From assembly GCA_000989955.1 (NCBI GenBank), contig LBTE01000005.1, positions 22,405-86,404 on the forward strand: a DNA stretch of 64,000 nt, read 5' to 3'. Shown piece by piece: positions 37,400-45,133 of the stretch. Within the stretch, counting starts at the first letter, position 1. Each line of letters starts with the position of its first letter. The notes under the pieces are model-generated. The model ran no database searches and had not been told where the DNA came from. It was given only the letters and a program-made list of their open reading frames with translations. Both the position numbers and the translations under genes were made by a program. The DNA comes from a candidate division TM6 bacterium GW2011_GWF2_37_49. Its GTDB lineage: Bacteria; Babelota; Babeliae; Babelales; RVW-14.

Positions 37400-38479
37400 T
37401 TAGTTGTTGAGCCCCAATTTATTAATTATTTCATCGCACAAAATTTTATTGTTGGCTGCCAATGCAGCCTGATCAATCATGGTAAACAGGGTAGGGTGTT
37501 TTTGGGCGATGGCTTGAGCGTTTTGTACTTGATGAGAAGTTGTGGCGGCTACAAGCGGAATAACGATGCATGGTTTTTTAAAGAACTCAACTTCAAAAAT
37601 TGTGCCGGCTCCTGCGCGACAAATTATCAAATCGGATAGCTGATAAAGGTTTTTAAGGTCTTCGTTGTATGCAAAAATTATTGCGGGCACATAAAGCGAT
37701 TGGTACATTGCTCGGTACGTTTCGATCTCGCGATTGCCGATCTGATGAACAACTTGGACTTGGCCGTGGATGTTTGGTTGATATTTTAAAAACTCTTTAA
37801 AACATTCGTTCAGCATCACAGACCCCTGCGAGCCACCCAAAATAAAGATTGTTTTACGATCAGATGAAAACGCTTTTGTAGCAACATTGTCTTTGTTTAT
37901 TTGTTCAATGATTTTGTTTTTGTCTTGCGGTAAACGGTCTTGTTCTGAAAAACGGATTGGATAATTCGTTAGCTCGCATTTATAACTCAAATTTATACCC
38001 AAAAATGTACAATATTTTTTTGTCTGCTCAAACGCAATGTAAATCTTGCTTGCAATCGGCATTAAAGCCTTGACAGCTTTGCCAGGAACAACGTTCAGTT
38101 CATAGATTTCAATGGATGTGCCAGTGAGCCGTCCAGCAAGGCAAGTTGGTATCCCTATCAGCCCGCCTGTGCAAATAATTTTTTCTGGACGTTGCTTTAT
38201 GCAGCGATACATACATTTAAAAAACGCGAAGATAAGCCAAAAAATCAAAATCGGCAGGCTCCAAATTTTTTTTAATGAAAATCCTGTCAAATTTATACCG
38301 ATAAATTCAGATAAAAATGTCGCGTTAGCGATGACTTTTTGATCAATGGCTTTGTTGGAGCCCCAGAACACAACTTTGCCGCCATGTGTGTTTTCAATCC
38401 AACGTTTGGCAAGTGTTAAGGCGGGCAAAATGTGCCCACCAGAGCCTGCTGCCACTACATAAATTATTTTATTCTTCAT
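37400..38479 (-). CDS. murG: UDP-N-acetylglucosamine--N-acetylmuramyl-(pentapeptide) pyrophosphoryl-undecaprenol GlcNAc transferase
   Basis: VAAGSGGHILPALTLAKRW (G-loop) and ..ICRAGAGTIFEVEFFKKPCIVIPL....HQVQNAQAI. 359 aa. Confidence 0.9.
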   Translation of the reverse strand: MKNKIIYVVAAGSGGHILPALTLAKRWIENTHGGKVVFWGSNKAIDQKVIANATFLSEFIGINLTGFSLKKIWSLPILIFWLIFAFFKCMYRCIKQRPEKIICTGGLIGIPTCLAGRLTGTSIEIYELNVVPGKAVKALMPIASKIYIAFEQTKKYCTFLGINLSYKCELTNYPIRFSEQDRLPQDKNKIIEQINKDNVATKAFSSDRKTIFILGGSQGSVMLNECFKEFLKYQPNIHGQVQVVHQIGNREIETYRAMYQSLYVPAIIFAYNEDLKNLYQLSDLIICRAGAGTIFEVEFFKKPCIVIPLVAATTSHQVQNAQAIAQKHPTLFTMIDQAALAANNKILCDEIINKLGLNN

Positions 38480-38491
38480 TTGCTATCTTTA

Positions 38492-40159
38492 CTACTTTGC
38501 GACTATTTGCGCTTGCGAAACAATCAACGACTTTGCCTGCTCAACGTGATTGATAATATCAAGATTGCCAGGAGAAATGGTACTAGCTCTTTCAAATAAT
38601 TCAAGAGCTTTATGATGCAGCCCTTTTTGCAAGTATACAAAACCCTTCGTATCAAGAAAAACTGGTGAATATTTATCTGATTCTAGTGCTTTATTGATCA
38701 TCTCTTCGGCTTTATTTAAATCTTTTTTTTGCTTGGCTTGAATATATGCAATCAAATTATAAGATTGCGGGTCGACAAGGCTATTTTTATCGTTGATGGC
38801 CTTATTTAAAACATCTTTTGCCTGGTTTAGTTGGTCATTTGAAAAGTGGACATAAGCCATCTGAAACATAACTTTTGACTTCAATTCTTGGTTAGGCGTT
38901 AAATCATGAATTTGCTTGTAATAATCAACCCCTTTTTTAAATAATTTTTGTTCAATGTAAAGATCGGCAAGCGCGGCCAAAAGTCCTATGTGATACTTGT
39001 TTTTTGCAACGACATTTTCTAATAACTTGGTAACATTTTGAATTTGAATAGGCGTTTTGCGCAAAAGCATAAGCGTATTTATCGCGGCTGTATCCAGCGT
39101 CTTTTGGCTAAGCCATTCTTCCATGAATTTCAAGCAACCTTTAAAATTGTTCATTGATAATAAAATATCAATTTTAAGCAAGCGAGCCGGGGAAATTAAA
39201 GGCGATCGCGCTAAGCACGTATTGACCACTTTTAGGGCTTGCGGCAAGCGTCCTGAATTGAATTCGATTAAAGCAAGATTGAAATAATATTCTGGGGTAT
39301 CACCCTTTAATTTTTTTAAATACTTTGCAGCGTCATCATATCGTTTTTGGTTGAAAAGCAGCTGTATTACCTGTTTTTCAACCATCTCGTCTCGACCAAC
39401 AATATTTAAAAATTGCATGTATCCATTGATAGCTTCAGCAACTTTGCCTTGATGCTCCATGAGCATAGATTGGATTAGCCAGCCGCGATCGAAGCTAGGA
39501 AATAGCTTGAGGCTTTTTTCTATATCTTTTAAAGCCAACTCATGCCTACTTTTTTGTAAATAAATTTTTGAACGTAAAAAATAAAAAAGAAAGAATTTTT
39601 GTTTAAAAATTGGCTTATTTAAGCAATCATTTAAAAATGTCAAAGCCTTATCTAATTGGTTGCTTTTAAGCATAGACATTGTGTGATAGTATGCAACCTG
39701 TTCATTGTCTGGAAAGTTTTTGATAAGATCTCCAAATATTTTTCCAGCTTCGGTATCTTTATTTGAGACCAAAAGAGCCTGTGCTATGACGACCCAAAAA
39801 TCCAGATTATTTTTAAATTTTGCTTCAAATTTTTTTGTATTTTTGGAATAAATGTCGATAACCTTTTTAAGATTGCCCATTTCGAAAAGTAATTTTAGGT
39901 ATGGCTCGTAGATATAAATTGGTGGCTGCATTTCAAAGGCCGAATTGAACGATTTAATGGCCTTACAGGCATTGCCAGCATGCGAATAATAACCAGCCTT
40001 GAGTACATTGTAATACATTGTTGATTTATTTTCATCGCTGTCTCCATCTTCAAGCGACGAAAGTTTGACACACTCAGCCTTGCTTACACAAGCTAAACCT
40101 CCAACAAAAATGCCACAAAAAATTAAAGTAAAGATAAACTTTTTTGATATTTTAAACAT
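38492..40159 (-). CDS. TPR-repeat protein, exported
   Basis: N-terminal hydrophobic anchor/signal peptide, then many 34-aa TPR-like units (A..Y...L...P.N....Y). The TAG stop is followed at once by TAA. Confidence 0.75.
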   Translation of the reverse strand: MFKISKKFIFTLIFCGIFVGGLACVSKAECVKLSSLEDGDSDENKSTMYYNVLKAGYYSHAGNACKAIKSFNSAFEMQPPIYIYEPYLKLLFEMGNLKKVIDIYSKNTKKFEAKFKNNLDFWVVIAQALLVSNKDTEAGKIFGDLIKNFPDNEQVAYYHTMSMLKSNQLDKALTFLNDCLNKPIFKQKFFLFYFLRSKIYLQKSRHELALKDIEKSLKLFPSFDRGWLIQSMLMEHQGKVAEAINGYMQFLNIVGRDEMVEKQVIQLLFNQKRYDDAAKYLKKLKGDTPEYYFNLALIEFNSGRLPQALKVVNTCLARSPLISPARLLKIDILLSMNNFKGCLKFMEEWLSQKTLDTAAINTLMLLRKTPIQIQNVTKLLENVVAKNKYHIGLLAALADLYIEQKLFKKGVDYYKQIHDLTPNQELKSKVMFQMAYVHFSNDQLNQAKDVLNKAINDKNSLVDPQSYNLIAYIQAKQKKDLNKAEEMINKALESDKYSPVFLDTKGFVYLQKGLHHKALELFERASTISPGNLDIINHVEQAKSLIVSQAQIVAK

Positions 40160-40181
40160 TCCAATTCCCCCTTTTAATTTA

Positions 40182-40694
40182 CTACAAAGACCGTTTCTCC
40201 TTACATTTCAAATAAAAACATTGCATAACCTCGCGCAACTCAGTGTTTTTAATTCTGTTTAAATTTTCTATCTCATTTATCGTCAGCACAGGCTGCACAA
40301 AGTCTAATTTTTGCAAATTTGTGGATTGTTTTTTATTCTGTTTATTTGTTTGTTTTAACTTTATGCGTATTGATTTTATATGCTCTTTGCCAAGATAGTC
40401 GTTTATTTTTTGCTTCAATACAGGAGTTAAGGCAAACATTTCTTGTGCCCAGGCAGGATGTACCACTCCTAAAAATAGAACATCTTCTTTAATTTGTTCA
40501 ATAATTACGTTTTTTTTTAGGTCTCCGATTATATATTCCCAGCCTTCCAGTAATATAATTTTCCAGGAATACTCTTGTGGAATGATATTTAAAAGACATT
40601 TTTTTATATTTTGATTCACACCTAATACCATTCTAATTTTAAAATCTACCAAACTTTGCGCCATGTCAAAACATGCATAGGCAGATTGATACAT
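40182..40694 (-). CDS. dciA: DUF721/DciA-like protein (putative replicative-helicase loader)
   Basis: W.IILLEGWEYIIGDLKKNVIIEQIKEDVLFLGVVHPAWAQEMFALTPVLKQKINDYLG fits the DUF721 pattern (W..ivG.....t.p..l.dg.L.v.v.s.aw..el). The first ~9 codons of the track ORF lie inside repeat copy R3. An alternative start is the ATG at 40664. Confidence 0.7.
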   Translation of the reverse strand: MYQSAYACFDMAQSLVDFKIRMVLGVNQNIKKCLLNIIPQEYSWKIILLEGWEYIIGDLKKNVIIEQIKEDVLFLGVVHPAWAQEMFALTPVLKQKINDYLGKEHIKSIRIKLKQTNKQNKKQSTNLQKLDFVQPVLTINEIENLNRIKNTELREVMQCFYLKCKEKRSL

Positions 40695-40882
40695 CGACTA
40701 TGGCTTCTCGCATGCGGCTATTCATCAGAGCTACAAAGAAAATGCTAAGTTTTTAGACCTCGCCAGCAACGTGCGATTGAATGGGGCTTGCCGAATTAAA
40801 ATTTTCAAAATAAGGAAAAATGCCCCTGCTATTTACAGCTAGCTTCCAATCGTAGATTTACAACCAACCACAAAAAGCTTTA
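40668..40882 (-). repeat. dispersed intergenic repeat family, copy R3 (long form, near-twin of R4)
   Basis: This 215-bp block matches 55662-55876 with 14 substitutions and no indels (my manual count). It contains the family core in reverse (..TTTTTAGACCTCGCCAGCAACGTGCGATTGAATGG..). Confidence 0.9.
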
Positions 40883-41530
40883 TATAAATCCACATTGTCT
40901 TATCATTGCTTCAAATCCATGAATCTCTTCTGAACATTTACTATTATTGTAGTATTCTGCAACTTCTTTTGGTGACTTATCTAAATGAGCGATAGCCTTG
41001 CTAGTGACAAACCTGGATAGCTTATTTTTAAAAAATAAATGCAACATGCATTTTAACACATCAAGATCACCATCCTTTGCAGCCTCATGAAGTATTGTAT
41101 TAACAATTCCAATGTCATTTTTCAGGATTAAGCATTTCGTGATATCAACTTTAATTTCCTCAAAAATGTTTTTAATAGAATCGCTACTTTGGTCGCAGGA
41201 GAGATTTAAGCAATTGACGAAGTGTTTTATTGTATGTTTTATAAAGAAAAATAGGAAGCTCGGGGTTAGTACGAGAGGATCCAAGTGTTGGCTATCTGTT
41301 CGAAAAGGACATTTCAATTTTGCCTCTACAATGCTTTGTGCTGTTTGACTTAATGTATTTGAATAAAACCTACAACCGCAACACTTATGGTGTGTGCAAT
41401 TTGATAATGATAATGGTAAAGCTTTTGTTAACGGACTTTCAGAAATCATATATTCCCGCGTAGCCCCAAACAAGCACGCTTGCGTTATAATAAGAAAAAA
41501 GGACATAAATAGTAATGATAATTTATTCAT
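40880..41530 (-). CDS. hypothetical exported Cys-rich protein with one ankyrin-like repeat
   Basis: Signal peptide MNKLSLLFMSFFLIITQACLFG. ..NTILHEAAKDGDLDVLKCMLHLF resembles a single ANK unit. Confidence 0.5.
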   Translation of the reverse strand: MNKLSLLFMSFFLIITQACLFGATREYMISESPLTKALPLSLSNCTHHKCCGCRFYSNTLSQTAQSIVEAKLKCPFRTDSQHLDPLVLTPSFLFFFIKHTIKHFVNCLNLSCDQSSDSIKNIFEEIKVDITKCLILKNDIGIVNTILHEAAKDGDLDVLKCMLHLFFKNKLSRFVTSKAIAHLDKSPKEVAEYYNNSKCSEEIHGFEAMIRQCGFI

Positions 41531-41545
41531 GGTAAAAATACTTTA

Positions 41546-43987
41546 TTAAAATAACTTCATTGTAAAATCATCTTTGGGTACTTTAAATTCAAAGCTATCA
41601 CTCTCCTGATCTGGAGCATCAAAAGCCGAAGCTTTTGGTGGCTTTTGCTTCTTGCGAACCGATTTTTCTTGCATCGCATCATCTTTAAGTTCTTCAAATC
41701 GCAATTTTGATTCTTGCACGCAAGAATCATCTATTTTTTCGGAAGGTAGAACTGTAATTTTTTCGGCATGATTCTGAAATCCCAGCTCAATTATTTTATC
41801 AATGAAATCCATCGGCTTCATTCCATGTTCTGCGGCTTGATGAAATATGCAGGTGGCAGGCGTCATTCCAGGCAATGTGTTGAATTCAAGGATTATAACG
41901 CGATCTTTGCCGGTCGGACTTTGCGTTGAGTTCTGATAAAAGCAATCTATTCGAGCATAGCCGGCACAGCCAATAGCTTTGTATGCGACTACCATTGTTT
42001 CTCTTACAAGCTCAAGAATTTCTTTTGGCAGAGGAGCTGGAGTTTGATTCTCTCCATCGCCTGGCAAAAACTTCTCTTTTATTGATAAAATGCCACCTTT
42101 GGCTACAGCCATTGACGGAGCTAGAGCCATAACTTTATCGTCGTTACCAATTACCCCACAAGTAAGCTCGGTGCCAACAATTAGCTCTTCGATCATGGCT
42201 ATTTTTTTATTTGATTTTTCAAAATATTCGTCCAAATTATTGATCAAATCTTGCGTATCCGTAGCCTTCTTTACAAAAACACTGCATCCATCATCATGCG
42301 GTTTTAAAATAAGTGGATATTGCAAGTTTTGAAGATGCGATGCAAGAACTTCAATCTTTTCTTCATTTGATTTATTCTGCCAGTCGCAAACATTAATAAG
42401 TGATGATACAGGAACCTCTAGTCCATGATGCTTTAAAAAGTTATTCGTTTTAAATTTATCCATGCAAAGCGCACTTGCCAAAACGCCAGAACCATTATAA
42501 GGCAAACCAAGCATTTCAAGCGTTCCTTGCACACCACCGCCTTCACCCAGACCGCCGTGTAGACCAATGAAAACAAAATCGCAAATTTCAGGTAAATCTG
42601 CCCATCCAATTTTTTCGGCTTTTTCTAAAAATTCGGAAATTTCGCGAGTAGAATTTTTAAGCAGCATACTTTGAGAAAGTTTATAAAGCTGCATCGAATC
42701 TGATACAAAGATTGGCAAACACTCATATTTTTGAGGTGAAAGTTTATAGCAAATGTTTCGGCCAGATTCCAACGAAATTTCACGTTCGTTTGTGTTGCCG
42801 CCAAGCAAAACAGCTACTCTAATTTTTTTGTTCTCATTTTCCTTTGCCACCAAATCATCTCCTTCGATTGCAGAATTTTTGATTTCCAGCATTCCTGCAA
42901 GTTTGAGCTCCGTTTCTATCAAATAGTTTATCAACTGCGTGTGACTCATGCCAAATTCAGCTGCTTGGTGAAACAAAAACGTAGCAGGCGACATTCCTGT
43001 CAATGTGTTTGGATCTATCAAAACTATCCGTCCATCCGCTGCTAAAAAGCCATCAATTCGTGAAATTGTTGAAAAATTCAAAATCGCAGAGGCTTTGATA
43101 CACGTTTGTGCAATACGGTCCAAATTTTCAGCGGAGCAGCGAGCTGGTGTAATTTTCCTTGCACGTCCAGGCATATATTTTTGTTCGTAATCAAATACGC
43201 TGTCGCCTTCTGGAACAACTTCTGTGATTGGCAGCGTAAACCATTCGACTTCAACGTTGTTTCCATGACGCTTTACTTTTTGTAGAGCGACACAAACAAA
43301 TTCCATGCCATCTATTTTTTCTTCAACAATTACGTCTTGAACTCTTCGCGGATCAACATAAGCGGCTTGAATAATTGCTGGCAATAGCTCATCAGCTGAT
43401 GTTATCTTTGACACGCCCATACTAGAACCCTCATGCGCCGGTTTTACAATGCATGGCAACTCTACATTTTCTTTTTTTAATTTATTAATAATTTCTTCAG
43501 TTGTTATATTGTTTACGTCAAAGCCTTTAACCACTGCCCCTTTTGCTACATCAATTCCACTTGATTTAAAAACATCTTTCTGAGCAGCCTTATCCATACC
43601 AAGCGCACTGCCAAATATTTTGCTGCCCAAGTAAGGTATTCCCAAAACTTCAAGCATGCCTTGGATTGTACCATCTTCGGCAAATCGTCCATGTGCTGCC
43701 AGATAAATAAAATCGACAATATTTTTTAGATCATCACACGTAATTTTTTTGGCTTCTTTGGCCAGTCGAGACTGGAAATCTGATATTTTACCTCTGTGCA
43801 AAAAATGCCATGGAAAAAGATATAATGTGCCATCTTCGTCTTGAAATATCGGAATAATCGTATATTTGTCCGTATCAAGATGATCGCAGATTGTTCGACC
43901 AGAATTTAGTGATACTTCTCTTTCGATTGATTTACCGCCAAAAAAGACACCAACTCTAAGTTTTGAAGCTGCTTGAACAGCATGCAT
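41546..43987 (-). CDS. ddl: tandem double D-alanine--D-alanine ligase (Ddl-Ddl fusion) with charged C-terminal tail
   Basis: 813 aa. Residues ~8-362 and ~387-737 are each a full Ddl/ATP-grasp unit (RVGVFFGGKSIEREVSLNSG.. and IRVAVLLGGNTNEREISLESG..; ..HG..GE(D/G)G..QG.LE.LG.PY.GS; ..NTL(T/P)GM(S/T)PAT). The 76-aa tail is Lys/Asp/Glu-rich. Confidence 0.85.
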   Translation of the reverse strand: MHAVQAASKLRVGVFFGGKSIEREVSLNSGRTICDHLDTDKYTIIPIFQDEDGTLYLFPWHFLHRGKISDFQSRLAKEAKKITCDDLKNIVDFIYLAAHGRFAEDGTIQGMLEVLGIPYLGSKIFGSALGMDKAAQKDVFKSSGIDVAKGAVVKGFDVNNITTEEIINKLKKENVELPCIVKPAHEGSSMGVSKITSADELLPAIIQAAYVDPRRVQDVIVEEKIDGMEFVCVALQKVKRHGNNVEVEWFTLPITEVVPEGDSVFDYEQKYMPGRARKITPARCSAENLDRIAQTCIKASAILNFSTISRIDGFLAADGRIVLIDPNTLTGMSPATFLFHQAAEFGMSHTQLINYLIETELKLAGMLEIKNSAIEGDDLVAKENENKKIRVAVLLGGNTNEREISLESGRNICYKLSPQKYECLPIFVSDSMQLYKLSQSMLLKNSTREISEFLEKAEKIGWADLPEICDFVFIGLHGGLGEGGGVQGTLEMLGLPYNGSGVLASALCMDKFKTNNFLKHHGLEVPVSSLINVCDWQNKSNEEKIEVLASHLQNLQYPLILKPHDDGCSVFVKKATDTQDLINNLDEYFEKSNKKIAMIEELIVGTELTCGVIGNDDKVMALAPSMAVAKGGILSIKEKFLPGDGENQTPAPLPKEILELVRETMVVAYKAIGCAGYARIDCFYQNSTQSPTGKDRVIILEFNTLPGMTPATCIFHQAAEHGMKPMDFIDKIIELGFQNHAEKITVLPSEKIDDSCVQESKLRFEELKDDAMQEKSVRKKQKPPKASAFDAPDQESDSFEFKVPKDDFTMKLF

Positions 43988-44020
43988 TTTTTGCCTTCCA
44001 GGTTTTAATTAAATTTTAAA

Positions 44021-44668
44021 TTACAGATTATAAAGTTCTTCAAGGGCCTGGCGTGGATCTTGCGCTGCAAATACTGCAGACCCAACACAAAAAACATCAA
44101 CCCCCAAATCAATCAGCATTTTCATGTTTTGCTTGTCAATTCCACCATCAACAGCTATTTGCAAATCACTAAAATAGCGTTTTTTAATATTAACCAAATT
44201 TTTAATTTTTTCTACAACTTCCGGAATAAATTTTTGGCCTGAAAAGCCTGGATTTACCGACATTATAATAATTTGATCAAAACATTGCAAAACAGGATAT
44301 TCTGGCGGCGGAGTATTTGGGTTTAATGCTAAGCCCTTCTTCCACCCTTTGTTTCGAATTTTGTCGACTAGATCAAGTAATTCGTCATAGCTCGACACTG
44401 CTTCAATGTGAAATGTTAATGTATCTATCTTTTTTAAATTTAGACGATCGCACCAGTTTTTAGGATTATCGACCATCAAGTGAACATGGCTTGGTAGAGC
44501 TGTTTTGCGTGTTATTGCATTAACAAAATCAGGCCCAATCGTTAAGTTTGGCACAAAGTGATCGTCCATGACGTCTATGTGGTACCCATCACAGACCGAA
44601 TCTAGGGTTTGCAGCGTTTTTTGCAAGTTTAAAATATCGCTACAAATGATAGAGGGAAAAATTTGCAT
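44021..44668 (-). CDS. rpe: ribulose-phosphate 3-epimerase
   Basis: PSIICSD..., HIDVMDDHFVPNLTIGP, HLMV, MSVNPGFSGQKF, VDGGI. 215 aa. Confidence 0.93.
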   Translation of the reverse strand: MQIFPSIICSDILNLQKTLQTLDSVCDGYHIDVMDDHFVPNLTIGPDFVNAITRKTALPSHVHLMVDNPKNWCDRLNLKKIDTLTFHIEAVSSYDELLDLVDKIRNKGWKKGLALNPNTPPPEYPVLQCFDQIIIMSVNPGFSGQKFIPEVVEKIKNLVNIKKRYFSDLQIAVDGGIDKQNMKMLIDLGVDVFCVGSAVFAAQDPRQALEELYNL

Positions 44669-44897
44669 TCAGAGTCTCCTTTATTTTTATTTGAAACGAG
44701 CTTATCATAAACAACTGCAAAATCGATATTTTAGAGTAAAAAAATAAGCGAAACCTTACAAATCAGCCTCACTCAAGCTAAAGTTCTCGCTTGTCAGAAT
44801 TCTCTACGATATTTTACTCCGACGAGTGAAAACGAAGTTTGAAAAACTGAGTTTGAGCGAGAAGGAATTTATGATGTAGGGAAGACGCCACATCATA

Positions 44898-45060
44898 ACT
44901 CCAAGAGTTTTTGCACTTTTTCTCAAACTCCTTCGCTAGACACGGCCCAATCATGCCCCGCAGGCCGCATCTAAAAACTTGTCAATTTTCTGGCAGGTTC
45001 GATGCCGTGCTGTGTTTGGATGACAATGGTTGATGTATGGTCCTGAAAATAATGGTTTTG
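44898..45060 (+). repeat. dispersed intergenic repeat family, copy F6
   Basis: CTCCAAGAGTTTTTGCACTTTTTCTCAAACTCCTTCGCTAGACACG (46 nt identical to F7) ..GCCCAATCATGCCCCGCAGGCCGCATCTAAAAACTTGTCAATTTTCTGGCAGGTTCGATGC..GGTTGATGTATGGTCCTGAAAATAATGGTTTTG. Confidence 0.9.
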
Positions 45061-45068
45061 ACTGTATG

Positions 45069-45103
45069 CAAAAAAGAGTGGGCGTGTCGATGTCGGCACG
45101 CCC
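45069..45103 (-). terminator. intrinsic terminator of the ankyrin-repeat gene
   Basis: The minus strand reads GGGCGTG-CCGACATCGA-CACGCCC followed by ACTCTTTTTTGC. It lies 31 nt past the stop at 45134. Confidence 0.85.
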
Positions 45104-45133
45104 GAAGAACTTGTTAGTTGTAAAATATTTAGA

